From assembly GCA_965644295.1 (NCBI GenBank), contig CBFFRP010000291.1:165602-229601 (forward strand): a stretch of 64,000 nucleotides of DNA, written 5' to 3'. This stretch comes from Paraphysomonas bandaiensis (Eukaryota > Protista > Chrysophyceae). The translations under genes were made by a program, and so were the position numbers. Position 1 is the first letter of the stretch; every line of letters starts with the position of its first letter. Below the pieces are notes generated by a model. That model saw nothing but the letters and a program-made list of their open reading frames with translations, was not told the origin of the DNA and searched no databases. Below, piece by piece: positions 39,451-52,594 of the stretch.

Positions 39451-40062
39451 GCAATATATATACGTGTATATATCTAATCAGAGCATTCACTATACTGCTA
39501 TACAATACCTCTCAGTGCATGTTATGTTAGATGCAATATCATCTATCAGAATGATATTCTCTTACATTAACTGTGCTATGAGATTGATCTTATGGTCATA
39601 TATATGGCTGTCTTACAACACTTGGCTTTGCTGTACTTTTCAGTTAAATAAAAATGACAGTTAACTTTAAAATATACAGAAAAAGTGTTCCAAAATCAGA
39701 GTATTCTATAAAAATTAGAGAATATGTCATAAATTTAATGTGTTTCTGAACTGTATGCTCATCAAAATCCCGTAATAAGAGGAATGCATATACTGTACTG
39801 CTCCCCTGTACAGTTTGAAAATGCTTTAGAAAACCCTCAGTTTATAAGTTTTTTTTTGTCTTTAAAACTCTCATATTATCTGTACATATCCTAAAAACAG
39901 GTGATTTTCAGTACTCGTTTTCTATAAATCAGTTTAAAATAAATATACAAGAGCTTATCATCTACATGTACATGTATGTATGTATCTCTCATCTTACTAC
40001 ACATTAAACAAACTCATAGAACACAAGAATCTTATATATATACATATATATTGTGTGATTGA

Positions 40063-43000
40063 ATGAGTTCATATCGTCGATCATCTTGGCAGGATACAAC
40101 CCCCCATACTTACCCCTCATCGGGTGATACACACGATCTCTCACATAAATCAAATCCAAATAATTTAAGTATAAATTCAAAGAAAAAACATGGATTAAAA
40201 AAGACATCAAATATACCACATCATAAAGCAGGAAGGGTTAAAGTTGGTATTAGATGTCGTCCACCATTTCAAGAAGAAATTAGAAAATCAAAGGATACAT
40301 TTGTTCCCATTATATCCACTAAGAATGATCCTAATGATTCTCTTGGGAAAGTTGTATTAACATTACCGACAAGTAAACAACGAGAATTTCATTTTGATTA
40401 TGTATTTGGTCCTTCTAGTTCACAGGATGCTGTGTATGATAGAGTTGCTCGTCCCGTCGTCAGTGATGTACTCAATGGATTCAACGGGACTATATTTGCG
40501 TATGTGTAGTTAAGATAAGCGTGTGAGATACTAACAGTTTTTTATTTAGATATGGACAAACTGGCACAGGTTAGCAGCACGTAATTTACTCTAAAACTTA
40601 TTGATCTAGCCTGTATGTTAATTCGTTGACTTAATTGTGGCTTTTCAGGGAAGACCTACACTATGGGAATTCTCGAGGCCGTAGCTGATGAAAACGCAGG
40701 TGCCTGCTCTGATACGCTTGTGTTGTTGTCACGCAATGACTAGCTTTGTTAGTGGAAATTATGTTACAGAATTTTACTGTCTGTCTTGTTGTTATACATC
40801 TTTTTCATATCAGGGCTCATCCCGCGTGCCATATCTGGAATTTTCCGTCACGTTCAGCGACACCGACACGTCGATATTAAGGTGACCATGTCGTTTCTGC
40901 AGATATATCGTGAGAATATTCAAGACTTATTGTCATCTGCTGCCGTTGGGGGAGAGGGAGGTGCAGTCGGGTTTGTCGACGATAACTTGCCCATACGTGA
41001 GGACCCCACCAGAGGTTTTTATGTGGAGGGCTTGCAGGAGTATATTGTACATTGTTACGAAGAAGCTGAAGCTCTTCTCAATCTTGGTATGTGGCCAGTG
41101 CGAGTATAATCCACTATATATGCTACCACCAGTGGTGTAATATTGTTGTTCGTGGTAACGACATGTTTAGCACTGCATTAAGTACCCGTTGTAGAGTTGG
41201 GATTGAAGAGCAGCTTGACAACACTTTTTTCTTAATGTAGGGTTGGAGAGCCGAGCGATTGCTTCCACACTAATGAATTCTACTTCTAGCCGCAGTCATA
41301 CCGTACTGACCATAAGTATAGATCAGAGGGGTGATATACCTCTCGATGGAGAAGAGGAGGGCGTTGATGGAGGTCCTGTGTTGCGTCGAAGAGCGACAGG
41401 CGGGGCTCGCATTCTACATTCCAAGTTGCTAATGGTCGATTTGGCGGGATCAGAGCGAGTTCGGAAGACGATAAGCAGAGGGACGCGATTAGACGAAGCC
41501 AAGAGTATTAACACATCTCTATCTGCACTAGGGAACGTGATAGCGGCACTAGCTGAGTCGAACTCTGCTCATGTGCCGTATAGAGACAGCAAGCTAACAC
41601 GAATACTCCATGATTCACTTGGGGGGACAGCCTCCACCTCTTTAATTGCGACAGTTGGTCCTGCACCTAGCAATTATAACGAAACCCTTTCAACACTGCA
41701 GTTCGCATCAAGGTGTGACTACATCTAGATTGTACTACTTCAAAATGTGTCGTGGTTGTACATATTCGCATATGCTTACGTCGCATGTTATGTAGAATAT
41801 TTCTTGAAAAAATGTTGTTCCTGCAGGTGCATGGCAGTTAAGTCTACCCCCGTACAGCATGAAGAATTGGATTTTGCTGATATGTGCACTCGACTACAGC
41901 AGCAGCTGAGCACGGTGGAAGGCAAAATGGCCAAGAAGCTTAACGAGCAGCAAGAGAAATATGAAGCGACCATTCGACAGCTACGGGAGCAGGTAAAGTG
42001 TCGTGGGGCCTGTCTATAGCACATTATCTGTTTTTGGTGTGACAATGCAGATTTTATTTGTAATTTTTCTCGCAATGTACAGTTGAAAGCTGGTCGAGGC
42101 CATAATACTGGTCCTGTTCGTCTCCCTCCACAATCTTCTTCAGCGTTGAATTCAATACTGTCCTTCCTGGAGAGTGGTGGAGGAGGTGATAGCTGGCTAA
42201 CACTTGGCCCCTCAGGAGGACCGTGTGGAGAGCAATCCTCTGTACTGTTGGCTTTCTGCTTCGACACACTGCGTTCTTTACTCGACGCAACTGTTGATGG
42301 AATCAAGAGTGCTTCAGAACGTGCCAAACTGCATAAAAAGCAGTTACAGGATCGATACCGTGAGGAGAATGAACGTGAGCGTGCTAAAAGACGCGAAAGT
42401 GATGCTATGATGCGCGAAGACCCAATGCGAAAGTTGAAGGAGTTCAAATCTATTGGGTCGCATTTGGAGCCCTTGTCAGGAGCTGATGCACTGTCTAGAG
42501 TCGAGGAAAATTTTCTCACCGAGGGGATGGACGAGGACATTTTGTCCAGTGCAGTGCTAGTTGATACTCACATCATCCGACAGAGCATCACTGACTATTC
42601 TGACGCTGGAGACCTTGCCAGGTGTGTGTGAAAACGAATAGTTTTATTTCTGTGATGTCATCGTTATATCGCAATTTTAGAGCCCTCGACTACATGTCGA
42701 ACGGAATATCGATAAACCTGAAGCTAATAGCGGATTCGCTGGAGCGCAAGGACGGTACATTTAGGGGCCTCAAGGACGAGCTTGTGAAGCAAATGGTAGA
42801 AAAACGTAGCCGTGAAGAAGAGGTATATTTATCATCTGTTCTCATTTGGGAGAATTAATATTGCATTCGTATAGGTGGTGAATTGGTCTTATATATTAAA
42901 ATATTTGCTGGCTACCTCCTCCAAATTGCGTGGAGAGTTAGCTCGGCAGAAGAATCTATATAATCGCGACATCAGCAATGGGGAGACATTAGGAGAATCG

Positions 43001-44090
43001 AGAAGAGAGCGAGGAAACGAGCATGATCAGGAACTACTTTCTGCCCCCGAGTTGCCGAGGAGACCAGAGAGGAGTACATCTCTTCCATCTGCCGTGGACT
43101 TGTTGGAGAGTCGACGCAGACCTCAGGCCAAGGACGATAAATTATCGGACGGATCTCCCGTTGGCTCCCCACTTTCTTCCAGGAAACCACAGCCAGAGAC
43201 TGGAGGGTCGAGACCTTATGTGTCGCCCAGCGCCTCCCAGCAGCTTCAGCGTGTGCAGTATCGTATGCGGAGTGCTATCAGTGCAGAGAAAGAAGAGAGA
43301 CGTCGGCAAAACCATGCCGGTAAACTTGGACCTAGACTCTCTTCCGCGTATCCTGCTGTGCGTCACAATGCCTTTGAAATCGATCAAATAGGCCCACCAC
43401 CTGATGATGATGAAATTCTTAGTCTTAGTGAATCGGAAGCTGATGGATCATTCCGTAGTGCTGCCACGGTGGGGTCGATCCCCCCTCATGTATCGCGGTC
43501 TGTGAAACATAGTGCTTTTGCTAAGGATGTGGTGCATGGACTGGGAGTGCAGGGGGATCAGGCAGTGGCAGCGATGAGTGTGATTGATAGGGTCTCTAGC
43601 ATGTCTGATGAACAACTAAGAAGGGTTGATCCAGAGACAAGGGCACAGGTAAACGCTGTTGTGGTAGATATACTTGTGGTTTTTGAATATAAAATAAAAT
43701 GTTTATTTCCGTTATATCCACACGCTTGTGTTGGACATGCTATGTATTAAATTTGCTGTTGGATTCAATCCTTATTGACATTTATGGTAGATTATGTCTA
43801 TACGATCAGAGCTCGGATTGACTGGAAAGAGTAGTGGAGGAAATGCATCTCCACTTCGAGCTTCTCCAATGCCAGATCCTTACCATGATCGGTATTTCGG
43901 AGGAGATGTACACCCTCCCCGGCGGAGTCAGAGCAATGGCGCCATGAACAATCGGTATATATCACCTTTGGTTAATCCTAGAGCCGGAGGAATGTATAGT
44001 GCATCGTCATCCTACCAGCGAACTCCACAGATTGATGACTATGATGATGACACGTACTCACAGATAGATAGTGAATCTGATTGGAATTAG
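40063..44090 (+). CDS. Kinesin motor protein B (N-terminal motor plus coiled-coil stalk, multi-exon)
   Basis: VKVGIRCRP, FHFDYVF, YGQTGTG|KTYTM, SSRSHT, DLAGSER, HVPYRDSKLTRIL. Confidence 0.93.
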
Positions 44091-44218
44091 TCGTTGATAT
44101 ATTAATATTGATATATGTTCTATATTTAATTACATATGTATTGTGCTAAGACGTGGCTAACAAAACTTTACCTCACATCCTGTTGTATTTAGCTATCTAT
44201 ATTTGAAATTTTGTGTGA

Positions 44219-44399
44219 AACACAGAATGAAAATTGGTGGAAGATGTACTGCACTATAACTCAGATAGATGCGTTATAGACATCTTGCAACGTGAGAAGG
44301 CGAAATCTTTTACTCACGAAGAAAAGATGGTATATCAGTGGTTGTAGCTAGTAGCTAGGGTGTCGAAAGACGCCATAAATGCGGCTTATTTTCTGTGTT
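44219..44399 (+). ncRNA. Candidate structured RNA element, family unassigned
   Basis: A 9-bp closing helix AACACAGAA/TTCTGTGTT encloses three hairpins, including GGTGTC-GAAA-GACGCC. No family recognised. Confidence 0.25.
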
Positions 44400-45084
44400 G
44401 AGATCTAAAGATTCTATATACTTGCAATTGAGTGCAGTATTATGTGAGATACAAGGATCGAAAGATATATGTATTAGTACATTACATTGTGTAGTATGAA
44501 ACTGAAGTAGAAGTTGGTGACTATTCAGGATACGATTACTGAGTGTGTGGTTTGTACCACTATAGTAGTAAATGAATGGTGTTGAACACATCGAATACAA
44601 CATGATTCTTTATCATGCAATGTTATAATTTCATCTTATCAATTGAGAATAGCAAACCTTAGAAAGTAATGTCAACTTCTGTTATTCGGCTTTACCATGT
44701 GAATCACTTGTATGTCATCCCACGGCGTCGTATATGGGTGACTTCCTGTTTCCCTACGACCCAGGTATTACTGAAAGGACGTGAAGGGTTTGCTCGACAG
44801 AGAAGAGAGAGTGGGTGCTCCAGAACCATGCGCCTTCTTGACTTCATCAAAGTGATTCACAGTGAAAAAACGCAATTTTAAAGTTTCTAAAGATGACGTT
44901 TGGTGGTTTTATTTCTCCGTTCATTGATAACTCAATAGTAGTTTACTCATGCCTGACCAATTCGGAAACACAACACCTATATCATCACTATTTTAATCAA
45001 ATAAACATTTTGACCAAGGTGACAACGAAATGCTTTACGTTTACATACTATAGACACGAAAGAATATACATACTATTCCAGATA

Positions 45085-47065
45085 CTAGCGGGGATCGAGA
45101 ACCAGTTTGCTTTTTAGATAAGCTCTTATTTTATCTATGTAAACGCTTCCTGGAGTGACTAACTCCATATCATCCAAAGCTTTGAGAGCCTCAGCGATTT
45201 TACCCAATCTCTCGTACAAAAATACACGCTGCGCAAGAGCCTTCGAGTTGAGCCTGCCAATACTGATAGATTTTTCGAGTATGCGGACGGCATCATGGGG
45301 GAGCTATAAAAATATTACAACATATAAGTTTATATGATAGAATATATCATATACAAGTTCCAGAAAGCAATGAACATACACCGTCACAAAACCTACTCAC
45401 TTCATCAGATATTAATGTCGCGAGTCTGTGTAATGCTACTGCCACTCCCTGCTCCTTCTGTATATCCAACTCTAGCTCATTGTACAACTCATTCAAATTA
45501 CGCTCGGCAGCAGCGACTGACTCCTTGGCTATTGTTTCATATATTTCATCCCCCCACGACGCCAGTTTGAGTGTCGTATCTACCAGCATCATATGAATAT
45601 CAGGATGAAGAGGCCTGATGTCCAAAGCCACCCTATATGAGCACCGTATCAGCCGTTAATGGTATATAAATACTATGCTCTTCTTTTCACAGAGATGGAC
45701 TTATAATCAACACTAAAAGTGTCACTTAATTCTCACGTTACGACGTAATTCCTCATCATTGAAGCACAACTATTACTTACCGTAAATGCTTTTCCGCCTG
45801 CTTTAGATGTACTATCGCCTCAGATACATTTCCTTGCTGATAGACGGTCACTGCGCGAGATAGCAACCCTACTGCCATGTTCCTATGCGCATCACAGTCC
45901 ATGCTGTTTCCTCCTAAAATAATGGCCTGGCTGAGAGATATCCTATCAGAGGCCAGCCATACTGCCTGTTCCCCTATACCCACAACAAGGCCGCTTTCAT
46001 CCCTCAGAGTACTATGCGCATAGTCTTGCAGAACGTCAGAAGATGTCTCAGAGATACCATGAATATTCAATGTCATGTGTGACCATCCCGCTGGAACATA
46101 CATGACATCTCCTGTCATCTAGAAATATATAACCAGTCAAACACAGTTCGTCAAAGGAGGCAAAATCTAACGCGTATAACAATGGTAACTTATATTGTGT
46201 AATACCTGTACACATTCCAACGGGCGATATCCACGTTGTCCACGAGATGCCACTTCACAATCCTCACCATCTGTATCTGTCGTGGATAAACACTCCTGTG
46301 CAGAATATCTACGGGGTGAATAGGGAACAGACTTTAGTTTGGAGAAAGCATCCTCCAGTACGTGTGATATCCAGTGCGATGTTCCGGTATAAGGCCGCCA
46401 TGATCGTTGGATATTACGTGGTAGATGGTATCCTGGAGGGTACAAAAACCACTTCTTTTGCCCATTGACTAAACCCAGCCATGCCTCGCCATGCATATGG
46501 AACGGCAACCCTGTAACAAGTCGTTATTCTTTTTTAGTCATATTGAACAAGTGTATATCCAAATGACCTAAATTCAAACCCCCAATAGAAAGAACAGGGC
46601 TCACTGAATCTCTATCAATATCACTTCCAAAGTGTGATAAGATATGAGGTGTTGAGTAATCATTAAGTATCTTGGGATTAGTTTTCAATACATTCACATC
46701 AAATACAAGGATATCTGATATGTTATATCTATGTCCTGTAGATAGACTATCAATGGGATGCATGTCATCTGCTCGTCCATTAGAGAATACTATAGAGGGC
46801 TCATATCCGGTCTGTATGTAACATAACCATATATATATGTATGTATATGTATATATGTATGTACCTGTACAGATATATTACCATACTGTGATAAGAAGTA
46901 GGAAATAGAAGGCCAGTTAGATAGCAGTCCTCTCAAGATCACTGGACGGCTGTTTTTATATGACAGGAGGCTCTGAGAGCTGTCAGGGGTGATGATATCT
47001 ATATCGCATAGAGAGGCATAGATATCTGTGTATATGAGAAACCATATGAAGAGAGTGGTGTGCAT
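45085..47065 (-). CDS. JmjC-domain (JMJD8-like) protein with N-terminal signal peptide and C-terminal TPR-like region (multi-exon)
   Basis: RPVILRG...W, SIGG...GLPFHMHGEAWLGLVNGQKKWFLYPPG, ECVQ|MTGDVMYVPAGWSHMTLN. Confidence 0.85.
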
Positions 47066-47122
47066 AGAGGCCTTACTGCATACTGCAGATAATATATAGA
47101 CATGAAGTGAAGTGAAGTCAAG

Positions 47123-47273
47123 CATATCGGCAGGCAGCATCTTATTTTTCGGAAATGTATTGAAGCAGAAATTGTCTACACTACTGCAATACAACTACGG
47201 CTGGAATACAGATAATTGTTGACTCAATATTTGAGGCATCTCTGAACAAAAATATACAAAGGATGCCGATACG
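47123..47273 (+). mobile_element. 151-bp MITE-like element, copy 4
   Basis: CATATCGGCAGGCAGCATC...GATGCCGATACG. Confidence 0.9.
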
Positions 47274-47296
47274 CAGCGTTTGGAATGTAGCTGTGC

Positions 47297-47650
47297 ATGT
47301 AGGTAGGTAGGTAGGTACGTATGTATGTATGTATGTATGTATGTATGTATGTATGTATGTATGTATGTATGTATGTATGTATGTATGTATGTATGTATGT
47401 AGGTAGGTAGGTAGGTAGGTAGGTAGGTAGGTAGGTAGGTAGGTAGGTACGTATGTATGTATGTATGTATGTATGTATGTATGTATGTATGTATGTATGT
47501 ATGTATGTATGTATGTATGTATGTATGTATGTATGTATGTATGTATGTATGTATGTATGTATGTATGTATGTATGTATGTATGTATGTATGTATGTATGT
47601 ATGTATGTATGTATGTATGTATGTATGTATGTATGTATGTATGTATGTAG
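47297..47650. repeat. Compound (GTAG)n/(GTAT)n microsatellite
   Basis: Direct reading; two GTAG blocks, each followed by GTAC and a GTAT block. Confidence 0.99.
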
Positions 47651-48031
47651 GTTTATTTTTTATTTGTAAAAAAGACAGTTTTGGTAAAAAAACAAATATT
47701 TAAACCACGAAAATTTCCAATAACGAGAATTTTTACCATAATATCCAGAACTGACTGTATATGTACGCATTTTGAGGGGTTGTTTTACCCTAATTGATTT
47801 TTCACCGTTATAGTGACGATGAGGATGGGAATTATGTCCCTTGTTCCCTTGAAGGGTTTTTTGTCGTAGTTAGGTTTTTTGTGGCATTAGATACGACAAA
47901 CTTAAACACTCAACAAGTTAGTTAAGTATATCTATATCTATCTATATATCCCGGTAGAGCCTCTATTATACTGGGCTCCTGGGGTATATCCTCACTGCCT
48001 AGTTACTGATTATATCCCATATTCAAGTGAT

Positions 48032-51000
48032 ATGATCAGTCAATCATTAAGTATACCATCACCAACATCTGTTAGACGCAGGACAAGTTTATCTCATCGT
48101 CATGGACAATATGCTATCGTTACAGATGGATATGCTGATAGTGCAGTAGCTGATCCAGAGATATTTTCTAAATGTATTCGATTTTTTCCTCGTAGAATGA
48201 AGACTATACCATCCAGTGAGAGTCAGATAGAGCTCCATGGATGCTGTATGATCATTCAAGTGTTGGGACTTGTCGATATCTTTGAACAGTATGGAAGTGA
48301 AATGGATTCAGTGCTGGAGAGACATTCTCGAACTGCTAATGGAGCTTTGAAGACAATCATTCGTAGTGTGCACTCTCATGGAGGTGATATCATTAGTATT
48401 CAGCCACATAAATTAGTGTGTCTCTTTAGCCACCACAACCTACAGGGGCCTATTATTAGATGTGCGATGCAAGCCATACAATGTGGCATCCAGTTATGCG
48501 AAACCGGTATCCGGGATATAACTTTAAAGGTAGCGATATCGTATGGAACACTAAATTTCGCGATAATTGGCGGTTACAATGGCGTATGTAAGTATCTCAC
48601 CAATGGGTCTTGTATAGACTCTGCAGGTCAGTGTCTGAAATACTCTGAGGCTCAGGGTGTTTCGATAACGTCTGATGTACACAATGTTGTGGCACATGAT
48701 GTTTCGGCTGCGAAAATTGGCAATGGGTGTGTGAGAGTGTTGGGCCTGCGAGCCTCAACTTCAGAAGAAAAAACACGTCATTCTTGGGAGGTATGTACAT
48801 TGAACTGTATATATTGGTATTTAATATTGTAATGCTATAACATACGGACACATTATATTTGACAATGGTGTTCTAGGTAATATCAGCTACCACTAGTAGC
48901 GTGGGTTCTCTACTCTCGAGCAATGGCGAATTATTATTGTCGTATGGAGAGATTTGTGACAGAGATATTGTCAGCTGTGTACCTCCTCCTATTGTCTATG
49001 CTTCTGTTACTGATTCACTGGAGAGTGTACAGGGAGTGTGTACAGTAACGTCACTCTATATGAGAGTGGATTCATATATTTCGACTGCTTACCATGAGTT
49101 AACCAGTATGCAGTCCTTTTTATTTTCCATGCAAAAGTGTGTGGCTGAATGTGGGGGGTTCCTTCGACAGTTTCTCATTGACGACGCGGGTTGCGTGTTA
49201 ATTGGCCATTGGGGGACTCCCGCCCCTCCCTATTCGTCACACTGTGCGAAGGCACTTCGCTGTGCAGTGATGATGAAGAACGAGGCCAATAGACAATCAC
49301 ATTCCGTCTCAATTGGTATCACTACCGGAAGAGTGTATTGCGGAGTTGTTGGAACGGAGTTTCGAAGTGAGTACATAGCCCTGGGGAAGTCTGTTAACTT
49401 TGCTGTGCATCTGATGACTAATGCGACTGGACGTGTTTTAATAGACAACTCTACTTTTCAGCGGCTTCCTTTGGATATTGCATCGTGCACTTACGTAGTA
49501 TCATCGTTACTTGTTGATGACTCCTCCGAAGCATCACTGATTCACTGCTACACTTCATCTGTTCCACCTACAATGTATGCCCGAGACATTTGTCCCGATT
49601 CTGAAATAATTGTCGAGGGCTACGTTCGTCGAGTGCTATATTCCGCACTAGACTTTAGCAACGGCACAGCGTTCCTGTTTTCTGATACATCAATTTGTAG
49701 TGATTACTCCTCAGAATCTGATCAAGATAGTTCTGTCGTGTTGACAGCAAATTCACCACTACGAACTATATCTGACTCCACTTCAAATAGTAGTCAATCT
49801 AGAGCGTCATCCAGAGCCAGGGTATTTATTATCACGGGTGTTCCAGGAAGTGGTAAGAATATTTTGTACTTGATCTGTAATTAAAATGTATATAAATTAC
49901 ATTATTTTGAATCTATATTTCTATTGACTATTCCTCTATTATGCTGCGTATTAGGGAAGACGTGTATTGCCAATTTCTTCATCCGTCGCCTGGTGTCCCG
50001 TCAGTCGATGAAACGAGACAGTTGTTACAAGAATACTCGAGCAGGAGTCGTATACGTTTCATTGAGTGATGTAGATGACTCAACAGGAAGCTCCCTCCAG
50101 AAAATATTTCATGGTATATTCATGTGGTTCGATAAACACGATCATGAGAGTCAAAAGGCATTCTTGCTGAGCATGATAGGGGGAGCATTTCCTTCTTATT
50201 CTTCTGCTGGTGTGGTGTTGTCTATTTTCCCGATAATCGAAAAAATTCTGCAAGTTGACTGGGATTGGGGCGTATCATGCAGTGAAGAGGATAAAATGAT
50301 ATTCAGGGCGTATACTGATTACCGTGAAGACAAAAGTGATTTTGACGCTCTTGCAGAGCTGCTGTGTTACATTTTAAGCGAAGGGATACCAGCGTTATGT
50401 GTTGACAATGCTCACTTTATGTGTCTTGATGCTTGGAAAGTGATAACCCGCCTTTGTTTGATGGAACCAGCTGCGACTATTATTCTCACAATTAGAGAGC
50501 GAGAGTATCGAAAGCTCACCGCTTCTGTACGTTTAGTTGACACTTCGAACAACAGCAGATACAGAGAATACGGTGATCAAACGGAGCCATTCTTTCCTGG
50601 CAGTGATACTCCGAAGCCATCCCATGTTGCCACGCTATCGGAGGACGTGGTACCGTTGAGGTATACTGCCCCTTCATGCGATAGTTATTCTTATTTTGCT
50701 TGTAGGCATGCACAGGAGTACAATCATTTGGTTGAGGTACTACCATGCCATACTTTACGAAGACTTCACCTAAAGAAATTGTCATTGAAGACAGTTCGTA
50801 AAATTATGTGTCATCATTTTCATGATGAAATATATGAGTGCCACGTGAAAGCAGCTGCGAAACTAACATATTGTAACCCGTTTTTGCTCGGGAAACTTGT
50901 TCAATACGCGAAACAATCTTTCAGCCACGATTTGTCGAGTGCTGTGTTTCATATGAAAGGCGGTAATGTTGTTTCAAATATTTTAGAAAGGTTGCATCCG

Positions 51001-51807
51001 AGAGAATATGCTATCCTTGAAGCTGCAAGCGTGATCGGGGAGCAGTTTTATATCGATGTGTTGAAAGAAATAGTCCAACCTAGTCTATGTTGTAATTTGT
51101 ACCTTGGTATAAGTGTACTCGAAGAGACTGGTGTTATTATTGCTCTAGCAGATGGCTATTATGGCTTTATCAATGCCATTGTGCACAATCATGTGTATGG
51201 CAAAATTCCGGAAAGGTATGAAAGTGACTAGTTCGTCTATATTTCTGTGACTTTGATGGTATATTTGCAGTGACATAGGCAAGATGCATCTAAAGGCTGC
51301 TTCTGCCATTCAGAAGTGTTGTCCTACTGATTCTCCAGGCTACTCTGTGAGGTATGTTTGTATTATTTCATAAGGCGCTGTCTTAGATTATTTAACAGTT
51401 TAAGTTACCATTACGACAAGTGTAACGATAGCTCGTACAACAAGTTGAGGTACAGGCTGTCGTGCGATGCAGCCCGGAATTACTTGAAGAGACTCGACGT
51501 TGTAGCTGCTATGCCCTTTCTGGAAAGTGCTTATCAGAATGTAGCAACACGATCCGAAGCATCGTCACTATGTACGATATTATTGGAATCTATCAACGTA
51601 ACTCATGCTGAAATGGAAGCATCTAGAGACGGATTAACTCCCAGTCCTAAATTGAGTGGAATTCTTTGGCAGCAAGAGCGAATGTATGAAGCTTTGCAGC
51701 GGCGTCGCAGTGCTATTATTGGAATTGTTGACTATATGAAAGTAATATTTCATGTTTCCCGGTCCCCAGCTAAAGTACATTCTGCTGACCGTGTTGTATG
51801 GAAGTGA
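48032..51807 (+). CDS. Soluble adenylyl cyclase (ADCY10)-like protein: two degenerate class III cyclase domains plus STAND P-loop NTPase (5 exons)
   Basis: HSHGGDII, LKVAISYG, LRQFLIDDAG, SIGITTGRVYCGVVG...R.EY..LG.SVN.A..LM, Walker A GVPGSG|KT and Walker B LCVDNAH. Exons join in frame. Confidence 0.85.
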
Positions 51808-52386
51808 CGAGATTATACGTTCATGTACTGATTGTATAAGTTGACTTCAGCTGTGTCTTCCGCATTTGTTATTCTTGGCGTTTTCAATATTTGGAGCGCT
51901 CTGTTCAATTCGATCATTTAAAGTTTATATCTTACAATACAAAATAGTGCTGCTACATTATGTACTGTGTTTTAATTATGACGCCTAAGTTCATGTTTGA
52001 ACGTTGTGATATTATTGTGTATTGATTCACGAATAGTTTGATATACTGATGTATTTTGATATCTATGAAATGGAAACGTATATTTCTGATCCAGTGTTTT
52101 CAAATGCCAATATCAATATCTTGGTGAGTGCTGGTATAATACTATTCCTATATTCATAATTTGATTTAGCAAAGTACAGTAAATAATACATTTTATTATC
52201 TCATCCTCTGTGCTCAGCCAATACAGATAAAGAGTCTATTAATTGTCAATGATTGAAATTGGGACAGAGTATCATAATTTCAAATCACCAGCCATCAAAC
52301 ACGATGACTGGAAAGAGAAAGTTTCGGTTGCTCAGCGAGGTGGTGGTGGGATCTAAATACAGAGAGCGTAAGGTATCACCAAGTAG

Positions 52387-52594
52387 TGAATGTCAGATTA
52401 TTAGTTGTTAGCAATTGGCGTGTAAGAGTCAGAACGTCAGAACTAATGTATCAAGCAATTTAACAAACTAGTCCTTAACTCTGATATCCTACTATATGGC
52501 ACTCGAAAGACGAAAGCTGCTTGTGCGTCACCGCAAGCACCAAGATGCAACTAAACCTAGTATAATGAATAAAGGAATATTATATTACATAACA
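52387..52594 (+). mobile_element. Solo-LTR-like fragment (family of 790-983 and 14834)
   Basis: TGAATGTCAG start and blocks shared with both other copies; the right end is uncertain. Confidence 0.55.

Noticed and set aside
44219-44399. SAM-I riboswitch or RNase P/MRP RNA identity (GCAAC, AAAGATG, GCGGCTTA words)
   Set aside because: Required partner motifs and spacing (SAM-I AUC/GGUGC; RNase P CR-I after P2/P3) are missing; kept only as an unassigned structure.
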